Below, piece by piece: positions 1 to 9,081 of a stretch of 64,000 nt of DNA (positions are counted from its first letter, which is position 1; each line of letters starts with the position of its first letter). The notes beneath the pieces are model-generated. The model was not told where the DNA came from and ran no database searches. It saw nothing but the letters and a program-made list of their open reading frames with translations. The stretch lies in sequence record OR142618.1; one strand, written 5' to 3'. The translations under genes and the position numbers were made by a program.

Positions 1-760
1 ACACAGTTAGTATATGAAACCACTATAGATTATGCACAGTTAACTGGATTGTCTGATGTAGCTAAAGCAGGACAAGGATCGTTAGATTATTTAACAGATG
101 TTAGTATAGGAACTGCTAGCTCCGGTAATGTACTAAGATATAACGGAACTGATTGGGTAAACCAAGTATTATCATATACTGATCTTTCTAATACCCCTAC
201 TAACAATTCGTATAGTTTTATTGGGTTAAATGATACTAATGATACTGCACTTTCGGGTGGTTATTTACGATGGAATCCCACCGGAACACAGATAGTATAT
301 CAATCCACTATAGATTATGCACAGTTAACTGGGTTATCTTCTGTTGCTAAAGCAGGACAAGGGGCTCTAAGTTTTCTTAGTGATGTAACTATATCGTCAC
401 CTGGCGCTAGTAATACATTGCGATACGATACTACTTCATCTAAATGGGTAAACACTAGACTTGCTTATTCCGATTTAACAGGTCAACCAACCTCTGCTAA
501 TTATCAACTAGTTGGGTTAAGCGATACTGCAAGCACATCTGTACCATTGGGATATCTTAGATGGAACGCCGCTGGAACTCAAGTAACATATGCTACTACG
601 ATAGATATATCAGTTATATCTGGTAAATCTACTGTAGCTTCTGCTGGTTCAGCAACACTATCTAATCTAGAAGATGCTGCTGTTACAACGCCTGCTGCTG
701 GGAATACTTTAATATGGAATGCGTCTACAAATAAATGGACAAACGGCATATTGGATGTAT
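1..760 (+). repeat. Degenerate ~95-97-aa repeats in the N-proximal part of the tail fibre
   Basis: Units start at 1, 286 and 577 (TQLVY/TQIVY/TQVTY...TID...GYLRWN); spacings 285 and 291 bp. Confidence 0.8.
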
Positions 761-1872
761 CTAATATTACTAATGCTGTACCTGTTAGTAGAACAGTATC
801 TGCAGGAACTGGTCTATCTGGCGGAGGAAATTTATCTAGTAATATTACGTTGTCGGTTAATAGAACATTAACTGATACATGGTATGCTGCTGCATCACAT
901 ACACATGATGCATCTAATATTACGTCTGGTGTTATTGCGAATGCTAGACTGCCAGTTGGAAGCACAACAGCACAAGGTATTTTACAGTTAACAGATGGTG
1001 TTGCTAGCACATCTACAACTACTGCCGCTACACCTAATTCGGTAAAAACTGCATATGACTTAGCAACGACAAAAGCTAATATATCACATACTCATGATGC
1101 ATCTAATATTACTACTGGTACTATTGCTGTAGCCAGACTTCCGGTTTCGTCTACTACTGCACAAGGTATAGTTCAGCTTACTGACGGTGTTGCCAGCACA
1201 TCTACAACTACTGCTGCTACGCCTAATTCAGTGAAAACTGCATATGATTTAGCAACGACAAAAGCTAATGCTTCTCACACCCATGATGCATCTAATATTA
1301 CGTCTGGTGTTATTGCGAATGCTAGATTACCGTTTGCCTCGACTACTGTATATGGTATAGTAACTCTGTTAGATTCAGTTGCCAGTACATCTATATCTAC
1401 TGCCGCTACACCTAATTCGGTAAAAACTGCATATGACTTAGCAACGACAAAAGCTAATATATCACATACACATACTCCTGCTCAAGTAGGTTTATCGAAT
1501 ATTTCTAATAACGGAAATACTATAACGGGAAATACAACTATATCTGGTGCATTGTCGGTAACAGGAAATGCTGTTTTTAATACATCTGATATAAAATTAA
1601 AAGATAATATACAGCCTATTAAAAATCCAGTAGAACTTCTTAGCAAAATTTCAGGATATACCTATACTAGAAATGATTGTAATAACGAAAAACAAACCGG
1701 TATTATTGCGCAGGAAGTTGAAACGATACAACCTGAAAGTGTAAGAGAAGTAGACGGTATAAAAACTGTAAACCATAATGGAATAATTGCACTGTTAGTT
1801 AGTGCAGTTAATGAACTTTCTAAAGAAATAGAAGAATTAAAACAACAACTTTCTTACAAAAAAAGGGACTAA
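1..1872 (+). CDS. Long tail fibre with C-terminal intramolecular chaperone (peptidase S74-like); 5' end lies outside the window
   Basis: Frame is open from base 1 (TQLVYETTIDYAQLTG...). Fibre repeats STTAQGIxQLTDGVASTSTTTAATPNSVKTAYDLA and HTHDASNITSG; C-terminal SDIKLKDNIQPI...TGIIAQEVE followed by a coiled coil. Confidence 0.9.
   Translation, partial: TQLVYETTIDYAQLTGLSDVAKAGQGSLDYLTDVSIGTASSGNVLRYNGTDWVNQVLSYTDLSNTPTNNSYSFIGLNDTNDTALSGGYLRWNPTGTQIVYQSTIDYAQLTGLSSVAKAGQGALSFLSDVTISSPGASNTLRYDTTSSKWVNTRLAYSDLTGQPTSANYQLVGLSDTASTSVPLGYLRWNAAGTQVTYATTIDISVISGKSTVASAGSATLSNLEDAAVTTPAAGNTLIWNASTNKWTNGILDVSNITNAVPVSRTVSAGTGLSGGGNLSSNITLSVNRTLTDTWYAAASHTHDASNITSGVIANARLPVGSTTAQGILQLTDGVASTSTTTAATPNSVKTAYDLATTKANISHTHDASNITTGTIAVARLPVSSTTAQGIVQLTDGVASTSTTTAATPNSVKTAYDLATTKANASHTHDASNITSGVIANARLPFASTTVYGIVTLLDSVASTSISTAATPNSVKTAYDLATTKANISHTHTPAQVGLSNISNNGNTITGNTTISGALSVTGNAVFNTSDIKLKDNIQPIKNPVELLSKISGYTYTRNDCNNEKQTGIIAQEVETIQPESVREVDGIKTVNHNGIIALLVSAVNELSKEIEELKQQLSYKKRD
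901..1467 (+). repeat. Three tandem 189-bp (63-aa) coding repeats in the tail fibre
   Basis: Units start at 901, 1090 and 1279 (acacatgatgcatct / actcatgatgcatct / acccatgatgcatct), with high nucleotide similarity. Confidence 0.95.
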
Positions 1873-1888
1873 CCTAAGTCCCTTTTTT
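1858..1888. terminator. Bidirectional intrinsic terminator overlapping both convergent stop codons
   Basis: AAAAAAAGGGACT-AACCTA-AGTCCCTTTTTT. Confidence 0.85.
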
Positions 1889-2477
1889 CTGAAATTCCTA
1901 ATAGCATTAAGCTAAAATCATTTAAGCAGTATTCTAGTTTATCTCTTATTTTATTTAATTCTTTTATATTTTTATTAAAATATTTGTAATCTTTATTATA
2001 TTTTGATTTAAAAACACATATTTTATTTAAATCGCAGTTTATATCTGAAATTACAGATAATAAAAAATATTCTGTATAGAATGTGGATATAATCCACGAT
2101 GTTTTTAGAGTAACTAAATCAGACAACAATGCTGCCTGTAACTCTTGATGTATACTATAAACGGGATTTATATTCTTTTTATAATTAGCAAGTATGGCAG
2201 GGTATTTATATTTAGATGTTTCTGTTTCTAGCGTGTTATATAATGTACATAATTCTGAATCGAATTTTATAGTTTCGTTATAATAATTTAACGCAATTTT
2301 AGTTGCTATATCTAATTCTAATTTTTTATATAATTCTTTTGTGCAAAGATTTTTTATATTAGAATTAATACCTTTATTATTATATAATTCTTTGTTTATT
2401 ATACCGGTTTTATTATATATGTTTAAATATTTTTTATATTTAAATTCAATTAAATTAGTTACTTCATTGTGTACCAT
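1869..2477 (-). CDS. Hypothetical protein (202 aa)
   Basis: ORF contiguous with the upstream Nudix gene; no recognised motif. Confidence 0.6.
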   Translation of the reverse strand: MVHNEVTNLIEFKYKKYLNIYNKTGIINKELYNNKGINSNIKNLCTKELYKKLELDIATKIALNYYNETIKFDSELCTLYNTLETETSKYKYPAILANYKKNINPVYSIHQELQAALLSDLVTLKTSWIISTFYTEYFLLSVISDINCDLNKICVFKSKYNKDYKYFNKNIKELNKIRDKLEYCLNDFSLMLLGISEKRDLG

Positions 2478-2479
2478 TT

Positions 2480-2971
2480 TTATACTTCTTTATGGTTTGA
2501 CAATATTAATTTAAGTTTATCGATACTTTTAGCAGATTTAAAACTTTGCTTTGCACCATAGTGCATAGGATTCGGCCAAGTACCCAATGAAACCCAAGCA
2601 TATCCTGACGATTCCGAATTAAGTATAGGAATGAATTCGTCTTCTACAACACAAACAAAACTGTAATATCTAAAATTTTTATCTTTACTTTCGTAAATAT
2701 CAAACGGATAAATTTTATCTATATTGGGTACAAAACCCATTTCTTCTTGAAGTTCTCTTAGAAGTCCATCCTTCGGTAATTCGTTATTTTCTAACATACC
2801 TCCCCATAAACTCCATGTAAGACTATATGTCTTGTGCTCTGCACGCAAATTATATAGAATTCTATTAGTTTTGCATGAAATAAAAAGAGTCCCCACAGCT
2901 ATCTTTTTAGCTAATTGAGCAGATGTTATCGACGCGCCAATATCCTGCTTTATAATCCCCTGCGTATCCAT
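2480..2971 (-). CDS. Nudix hydrolase (start uncertain; ATG at 2971 used)
   Basis: Nudix box GGMLENNELPKDGLLRELQEEMG; C-terminal ESSGYAW. Confidence 0.85.
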   Translation of the reverse strand: MDTQGIIKQDIGASITSAQLAKKIAVGTLFISCKTNRILYNLRAEHKTYSLTWSLWGGMLENNELPKDGLLRELQEEMGFVPNIDKIYPFDIYESKDKNFRYYSFVCVVEDEFIPILNSESSGYAWVSLGTWPNPMHYGAKQSFKSAKSIDKLKLILSNHKEV

Positions 2972-4277
2972 ATTGCCATTCTCTATCTTTAAATTTGTAT
3001 AATTCTTTATCGTATAAATTTCTAACATACACAGGACTATTATTTGTTACTCTTGCATTAAATGTAACTATCCATTGTGTTCCTGTATATTCTATTATAT
3101 CAGAATCGTATGCAACAAAACTATTACCCCATGGGTATGAATTTTTTATTGCAGGTTCTTCTCCTTTAGTTAACGAATTTAGTACCATGTATCTTTGGCC
3201 TATTTGTGCTTCTGGTAATTTATTTCCAGGAAACATTTTAGATGGATCTATAATTCTATTTATAGGCGGAATAGTAGCAGAAGGCAAAGTTTCGTCTATT
3301 GGGGTAAATGTAGTTGTATTTGTAGACGAAGGTTCTATATATCCTATTATTTCTATATCGGGATTATCTATATTTCCCTGAATGAGTTTAACTGTAGTAA
3401 CATTTTGTTCAACTGAACCGTATATATTAAGTAATTTGTCCCACGAATCGGATGATACATCTCCGTATGTATTAAGTAATGTTAGTTTGTTATCAATTAC
3501 TCTTAGACCATAGTTTCCGGGTGTCACACATAACTGTTCTTTAACTGTACCGGGAGTTACATTAAAGAAATCGGTCGTACTTTTTATATCAGAAAAACTA
3601 TCTGTATAAATGTTACTTATGATTGTATTGATTATCTTTTGTTTTTTAACTTTAGCTGGTGGATTTATATATACAATCATTTGAAATATAAGAGACGATA
3701 TATCGTAGTCAGTAGATGTCCCTACAGGTATAGTCCTGTTAGACCATTGTGTTTCTTTTAATTCTAATTCAAATATTCTAGACCAATCTAAGGGGTTTTG
3801 ATTTTGTTCTAGCTGTATACTAGGGTTAAATAATACTAATATTTGTTCTAAAATTTGTAATTTATTATCTGTATTAGAAGTCAATATATCTAATCGTGTT
3901 GTTAGTTTATAAGGCACAGGCATATATGCTTCAACTGTGTATCTATTTCCGGGTTTGTTAATATAACTACCATTTGCATCTGTAGCTAATTCCGTAACAT
4001 TAGATACTTTTACCCCTTGTGTATCAACCCGATAATCTGGTGCCAAATCTAAACCAGTGATATAACCTGCCATAATAGGCACAGGTATTACTGTATTTTG
4101 ATTATTTCCGTTAATAATAGATGCAACTTGTCTAGACATATCTCCGTATATAACTGGGACTCTTTTTTGAATAGATACGCCGTTATCGTCAGGTGCAGTT
4201 CTTATGTTTATATCTGAAAAAACTCGTAGAAACTGTAAAAGATATCGTCTTAACTGCTCGTCGTAAAAATAGTTCAT
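2907..4277 (-). CDS. T4 gp15-like tail completion / sheath stabiliser with C-terminal extension
   Basis: N-terminus MNYFYDEQLRRYLLQFLRVFSDINIR...RVPVIY resembles T4 gp15 (YFYNSSFRRY...RVPITY). Confidence 0.75.
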   Translation of the reverse strand: MNYFYDEQLRRYLLQFLRVFSDINIRTAPDDNGVSIQKRVPVIYGDMSRQVASIINGNNQNTVIPVPIMAGYITGLDLAPDYRVDTQGVKVSNVTELATDANGSYINKPGNRYTVEAYMPVPYKLTTRLDILTSNTDNKLQILEQILVLFNPSIQLEQNQNPLDWSRIFELELKETQWSNRTIPVGTSTDYDISSLIFQMIVYINPPAKVKKQKIINTIISNIYTDSFSDIKSTTDFFNVTPGTVKEQLCVTPGNYGLRVIDNKLTLLNTYGDVSSDSWDKLLNIYGSVEQNVTTVKLIQGNIDNPDIEIIGYIEPSSTNTTTFTPIDETLPSATIPPINRIIDPSKMFPGNKLPEAQIGQRYMVLNSLTKGEEPAIKNSYPWGNSFVAYDSDIIEYTGTQWIVTFNARVTNNSPVYVRNLYDKELYKFKDREWQYGYAGDYKAGYWRVDNICSIS

Positions 4278-5368
4278 TATTTTTTACCGTATATTTCGTT
4301 GAGTTTATCTTCGTTTAGATTTACTCTGGCTTTTACTGCTTTAGATAGTGCTTGTTTTTCTGGTGCTGTAGTACAATCATTATTTGTAACAATGTTTGTG
4401 TTATCAATGAATGTATCTAATAGCATATTTACAGGAGTCCATTTTCTCCTAGCATCATCTTCTATTTTTATATAGCGATTTCCTACTTTTCTAAATAATC
4501 TGTCTGGCTTGAAGTCTGTTCTTAAAAAGAATTCTCCCTCTTGCATATCATCTGGAAATTCTGTACCAGACCCTTTTAGTTTGTATGCATTTGGCGGCAC
4601 ACCAGTTCCAGTCCATAGTAATAATTCGAACGAACCATTTTCTTTTTCTGCCATCCAGAGATGTGCAGCATCTGACCATGTAGGATCGAACATAACATTT
4701 TTTCTTGCTTCTTCTATTATACCGTCTGTTATGTCCTGATATTTGTCGTCGTTTGTTATAGGGCATTTATTATCATCATAACATCCGGCAGGACCTATTT
4801 CTTCTCCGTTGGGACCTATTGCTGTTCCGTCGGTTCCTATAATATCTTCGTATTCTTGACCGCCTTTTAGTTGTTGAGCTTTTACTCTCCATAAATGAGA
4901 CCACCAGCCCGGACCATATCCTTCTGCAGAATGAGTAGCATCTTGAATTACATAATATCTATTTAATATAGGATCGTTAATATCTAGTGTATCGGGATCT
5001 CTTAAATGCGGTAATTCTAATACATCACCGGACATTAATTTTCTACCTATTTGATTTAGCATAGAATTATAATGAAATGTTATGAAAATGGTATCGTTTG
5101 TTAAAAATATACCGAACTGTGATAAATCGAATTCAGAATTTTGCGGCTGATAACACCCCCTTAAGTCAAACAAACTACTATCATATTTTCTATTTCTATT
5201 TTCTAAAAATAAAATATCTTCTATTGTAGTTTCGTCGCCTTTACCTGTCCCTACATATTTGTGAACTATAATTCCAGTACCGCCCATTTCGACAAAATCT
5301 TTTACAGTTCTGTCTACGAAACTATAGTCTTTTCCTTTGTTAGGATTCCAAAGTGATAACCGTGCCAT
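4277..5368 (-). CDS. gp14-like neck / head-closure protein
   Basis: Next to the gp15-like gene; LSQFGIFLTNDTIFITFH and GDVLELPH motifs; GATAAATA late-promoter motif 20 nt upstream. Confidence 0.6.
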   Translation of the reverse strand: MARLSLWNPNKGKDYSFVDRTVKDFVEMGGTGIIVHKYVGTGKGDETTIEDILFLENRNRKYDSSLFDLRGCYQPQNSEFDLSQFGIFLTNDTIFITFHYNSMLNQIGRKLMSGDVLELPHLRDPDTLDINDPILNRYYVIQDATHSAEGYGPGWWSHLWRVKAQQLKGGQEYEDIIGTDGTAIGPNGEEIGPAGCYDDNKCPITNDDKYQDITDGIIEEARKNVMFDPTWSDAAHLWMAEKENGSFELLLWTGTGVPPNAYKLKGSGTEFPDDMQEGEFFLRTDFKPDRLFRKVGNRYIKIEDDARRKWTPVNMLLDTFIDNTNIVTNNDCTTAPEKQALSKAVKARVNLNEDKLNEIYGKK

Positions 5369-5387
5369 ATAAACTCCTAGTTATAGG

Positions 5388-5395
5388 TATTTATC
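5388..5395 (-). promoter_or_regulatory. Putative late promoter GATAAATA
   Basis: One-base variant of the T4 late promoter TATAAATA, upstream of a neck gene. Confidence 0.6.
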
Positions 5396-5422
5396 TGATA
5401 AAATAAACAAAAATATCTCAAT

Positions 5423-5450
5423 AAAAAAGCAACCTTAGGTTGCTTTTTTT
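5423..5450 (-). terminator. Intrinsic terminator (symmetric) with the stop codon in its loop
   Basis: AAAAAAGCAACC-TTA-GGTTGCTTTTTTT. Confidence 0.85.
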
Positions 5451-5932
5451 TCTCTTTGCTTTTTTCTTAAATCGTTGTATTTTTTTTCATAATTAACCGA
5501 TAGTTCGGGGAATTCTATTTTTAATAAATCTTGTGCTTTTTTTATTTTAGAAAAATCTATTTTTTCTGGTAAGTCTCGTAAAATATCTTTATCTTTTTCT
5601 ATAATAGATAATATATCGGGGTTAGTTATGTACTTAACTGCTTCTCTGTCGAGGGAAGCCAAAACCATATTTCTTTCAGTTCTTATATTTTTTAATGTTT
5701 TATTTGCAGCAGAATCTAAATCTATTACTACTTTAGTTGGATTTTGTATTTTATCAAATTTTAATGAATCGAAAAATTGTTGTTCTAAAGTGTCGGGAAG
5801 TTTATCGTATATAACATATTGGGTATTTTCGTTAAATATACCTAGCGTATATAATTCTTCTGTAGATTTGTCTGTTATTAATTTAGCAACCCTTGTTTCG
5901 TCGATAGGGTTTGTATAAAAGATGGTTTTCAT
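5435..5932 (-). CDS. Putative tail-fibre assembly chaperone
   Basis: Directly downstream of three fibre genes; IRTERNMVLASLD...DILRDLP resembles tail assembly chaperone motifs. Confidence 0.5.
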   Translation of the reverse strand: MKTIFYTNPIDETRVAKLITDKSTEELYTLGIFNENTQYVIYDKLPDTLEQQFFDSLKFDKIQNPTKVVIDLDSAANKTLKNIRTERNMVLASLDREAVKYITNPDILSIIEKDKDILRDLPEKIDFSKIKKAQDLLKIEFPELSVNYEKKYNDLRKKQREKKAT

Positions 5933-5945
5933 GTGTATCTATCCT

Positions 5946-7481
5946 TTAGTAGTATATTACAAGTGAGAAGAACGGTGCATCGAAATAATCTTCGCCGAAT
6001 CTGTTAGTCCAACCCGATGGATTGTAATTTATTATGTGATCTGCTTTTGTTATTTTACAGTTAACATCAAAATATGTGGTAGTTTTTGTTGTTACCCATT
6101 GTTCAGTTATATTTAGTTGATTATTCCATACCATTGCATCAGCGTTTCCTAATACAACTACATAATTTGTATCTGGCGCAGGCACAGATAGATATACTCT
6201 ATAGCGACCCGATGCTAATTTACTAACTGTTAAATTCCAGGAATCTAGTCTACTGCCAGTAGGACCGGACCAAGATATCCATCCTTTTGATTTTTTTATT
6301 AAAGTGTTATATCCGGCCCATTCATTTAATGCTTGCGCCGGAGTAAATCTCATAGTATTGTTTGAATTACTTCTTACAAAACCTATTTTGCTATTTCTAG
6401 TAAATTGATCACTAGTATTGTTGCCCGTAGATCTTAACAATCTACCAGTGATGGCACCCGAGGAATCTCGCTCTACTACAGTGCCCGGAGTAGCAAGTGT
6501 AGAGTTTATTCTACCGTCTAATGCAGCAGAATCTGATGCTTTACCGTTAACAGGAAGAGCCCCTATTTGTGCAGGCGTCGGTCTATATCCCAAATGAAAT
6601 ACTTGATTATTGCCAATGTATAGTTGATTTGGAGATAATCTATATTGTAATGCCAGAACAGGAGCTGTATTAAGTGAGCCTCTATTATACAGTTTAATAA
6701 AAACAGATGACGTACTAAGAGTAGTATTATTTAATTCTAATATAGTAGCTGATGAATTGTTAGTAGCTATTGTATTATTAATAGATAGACCGTTAGAAAT
6801 ACCCCTAGATTCTAAGTATGATTTTCCTGATCTAAACGACATTAATCCGTCAGATGGTGTTACATTAATGGCTGCATTTGCTACAGGAGCAGCAACCTTC
6901 ATAAATTTTGCAGCAGGTATTCCGTTTAAATTATTCGAGTTTGCTGCTTTATCTGTTTTCTTTAGAAATAAAGCATCTGCTTCTGCTTTAGTGTAAGTAA
7001 CATCCTTACCGAAAACACCTAAATTTGTTCTAGCAGAACTTGCGTTTAATACGTCTGCAAAATTTTTAGATTTATCGAATATAGGGTAATTTTCTAATTT
7101 ATCTAGTTTTACTGAATATTTGTCTACTAAGTGAGGGTTATTATAGTTAGTAATATGAGCCCATACTGCATCTTCTTCGAATTTAGTAATAGGAACCCAG
7201 TTATTTATATTTGTACTATCTAATCCATTTGGTCCAGGGAATATGTACATTTGCCTTGTATTTTCTTTCCACCATAACTGCCCTGTTACGGCAGATACCG
7301 GCGGAAGATGATATGAGAAATTATTTAGTATATTAATTAAATTCTCACCAACATCTTGTACATATGATTTTACATAAGTTCCTGTGAATACTAATGAAGT
7401 TTCTGTATTTTTTTTTAAATCTTTGACTAAATATCCGCCGTCGATTAATCTATATCGATAATGTTTTACTCTGTAATTCAT
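5946..7481 (-). CDS. Tail fibre / baseplate-associated fibre, paralogue 3 (511 aa)
   Basis: Shares NFS..PP....GQLW, H....NPH...K, DK..N.ADV...AR.NL and a C-terminal KL..G.YR domain with its two neighbours. Confidence 0.7.
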   Translation of the reverse strand: MNYRVKHYRYRLIDGGYLVKDLKKNTETSLVFTGTYVKSYVQDVGENLINILNNFSYHLPPVSAVTGQLWWKENTRQMYIFPGPNGLDSTNINNWVPITKFEEDAVWAHITNYNNPHLVDKYSVKLDKLENYPIFDKSKNFADVLNASSARTNLGVFGKDVTYTKAEADALFLKKTDKAANSNNLNGIPAAKFMKVAAPVANAAINVTPSDGLMSFRSGKSYLESRGISNGLSINNTIATNNSSATILELNNTTLSTSSVFIKLYNRGSLNTAPVLALQYRLSPNQLYIGNNQVFHLGYRPTPAQIGALPVNGKASDSAALDGRINSTLATPGTVVERDSSGAITGRLLRSTGNNTSDQFTRNSKIGFVRSNSNNTMRFTPAQALNEWAGYNTLIKKSKGWISWSGPTGSRLDSWNLTVSKLASGRYRVYLSVPAPDTNYVVVLGNADAMVWNNQLNITEQWVTTKTTTYFDVNCKITKADHIINYNPSGWTNRFGEDYFDAPFFSLVIYY

Positions 7482-7482
7482 A

Positions 7483-9081
7483 TTAGAAGAACCATGTAAA
7501 TGTTATGTTGTTAGCGTCTGCATATACATTAGTAAACGAATCTAAAGAATAGTTATTATAATTAATATTGTATGTTCTGAAGAATTCTAAATCTGTATAA
7601 GTAGTGCTTCTTAAATATACCAATGATGAATTGTAGCTAAGTCTCCCAGTGCCAGCAGCCATACCAGTAGATATTTGACCGTCACTAGTAACTCCTACAA
7701 ACGGAACAACAGAACCCACAGCAGGCGTAGAAAATGAATTGTAATATATTCTATATTTCCCTGTACCTAGTTTAGTTAGTGTACAGTTATGTGACTTATA
7801 AGTAGAACCTGTTATTCCGTTAAATTGTATCCAAGCTTTAACTACACCTTTCGGTTCGTTAGCCCTAAACCACGACTGGAATGAAGAGACATTTGCTCGT
7901 CTAACATAGTTATCGCTTGTATTTGAATTTCTAAATAGAATTAAATTTCCTGTTTCTATATTTTCGTCTGGATTAGAAACTTGAATGTGTCTAGCATGTA
8001 CATCTCCTGCACCATCTCTTAATACAACTGCATTGTCGTTTGGACTGCTAGATTGATAAATGCCATTTAATAATAGTGTATTGACAGCCTTTCCATTTAG
8101 TGGAAGTGAACCGACAGCAGCGTTAGACGGTATTCTTCCTGTATGATACATTTCACTAGGGTTAGTATCGTAGTCTATTATTAAATTAGTTTTTGTAAAT
8201 CTATATGATTTTACTGGTTGTGCTGTTTGATTGTTTGCAGTAGCACGATTAAATAAAACCATAGTAACTATAGGATCACTATTATCGTTAATAAACGATA
8301 ACATAGCACCAGTATCGTTTGCAGATGCAATTCTTCCGTCTGACCTTATTCCAGACAACAAATCTATATTTCCTGCACCTGTGTTAACTACTATAGAACC
8401 TTTAGAGTTATTATACGTTAACGCAGTATTAGTGATTATACTGGTTGTATCAAATGTTCTATAAACAACAGGGTTGTCTACAAGGACAAAATCAGCACTA
8501 GTTAAGCCATCTAATCTGTCAGTATTATTTACTGTACCACCTTTTGTCATAAAAAGATTGTTTACAGTAGTTTTATTGTAAGTTTCTGAAGTCCCGTATA
8601 CTTCTAAATTAGATCGGCATATAGATGCATCTAATACATCTGCAAGATTTAATGTTTTATTAAATGTGTAAACATTAGGAACATTTCCCAATCCCACTTG
8701 TTCTTTTGTTGTCTCGTGGGGATCGTTAATACCTGTTCTTGATTCGTGATCTGTTAGCTCATTTAAAATAGTAGATCCTAGATTTTTCCAATCGGAAGAA
8801 ACAGACGTAGGTTTATCATTACTTATGTAAACTTTAACACTTTTTTCATCTGGATTAAACCATAATTGACCTTCTATCGGATTTAACGGAGCAATAGTAT
8901 GACTAAAATTTTCCATCTTCCATAGCATATTTTGGAAGAACTGACTTTTGTAAGATTCATTATACGATCCTATTAGTCCAATAGAAGAGTACGTATTGTC
9001 TATTTGTATATCGTTAACGGTTTTATTTGGTTTAGAAGAGCCGCCGTTGACAGATGAATAACGTTTAATAGTGTAAGGCAT
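7483..9081 (-). CDS. Tail fibre / baseplate-associated fibre, paralogue 2 (532 aa)
   Basis: MENFSHTIAPLNPIEGQLW; NDPHETTKEQVGLGNV; C-terminal KAWIQFNG...TKLGTGKYRIYY. Confidence 0.7.
   Translation of the reverse strand: MPYTIKRYSSVNGGSSKPNKTVNDIQIDNTYSSIGLIGSYNESYKSQFFQNMLWKMENFSHTIAPLNPIEGQLWFNPDEKSVKVYISNDKPTSVSSDWKNLGSTILNELTDHESRTGINDPHETTKEQVGLGNVPNVYTFNKTLNLADVLDASICRSNLEVYGTSETYNKTTVNNLFMTKGGTVNNTDRLDGLTSADFVLVDNPVVYRTFDTTSIITNTALTYNNSKGSIVVNTGAGNIDLLSGIRSDGRIASANDTGAMLSFINDNSDPIVTMVLFNRATANNQTAQPVKSYRFTKTNLIIDYDTNPSEMYHTGRIPSNAAVGSLPLNGKAVNTLLLNGIYQSSSPNDNAVVLRDGAGDVHARHIQVSNPDENIETGNLILFRNSNTSDNYVRRANVSSFQSWFRANEPKGVVKAWIQFNGITGSTYKSHNCTLTKLGTGKYRIYYNSFSTPAVGSVVPFVGVTSDGQISTGMAAGTGRLSYNSSLVYLRSTTYTDLEFFRTYNINYNNYSLDSFTNVYADANNITFTWFF

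Noticed and set aside
579-1010. Antisense ORFs in the track (e.g. 579-1010, 2995-3381, 9556-9915, 25141-25704, 54451-54900)
   Set aside because: They lie opposite well-supported genes, lack RBSs and recognisable motifs, and are expected shadow frames.
901-1467. 189-bp tandem repeats as a CRISPR array or mobile element
   Set aside because: Units are contiguous, in frame and protein-coding, with no repeat-spacer alternation.
2907-3028. Long overlap between the Nudix and gp15-like ORFs as a dual-coding region
   Set aside because: Mostly an artefact of the longest-ORF start; a later Nudix start shrinks or removes it, and nothing functional is visible in the extension.
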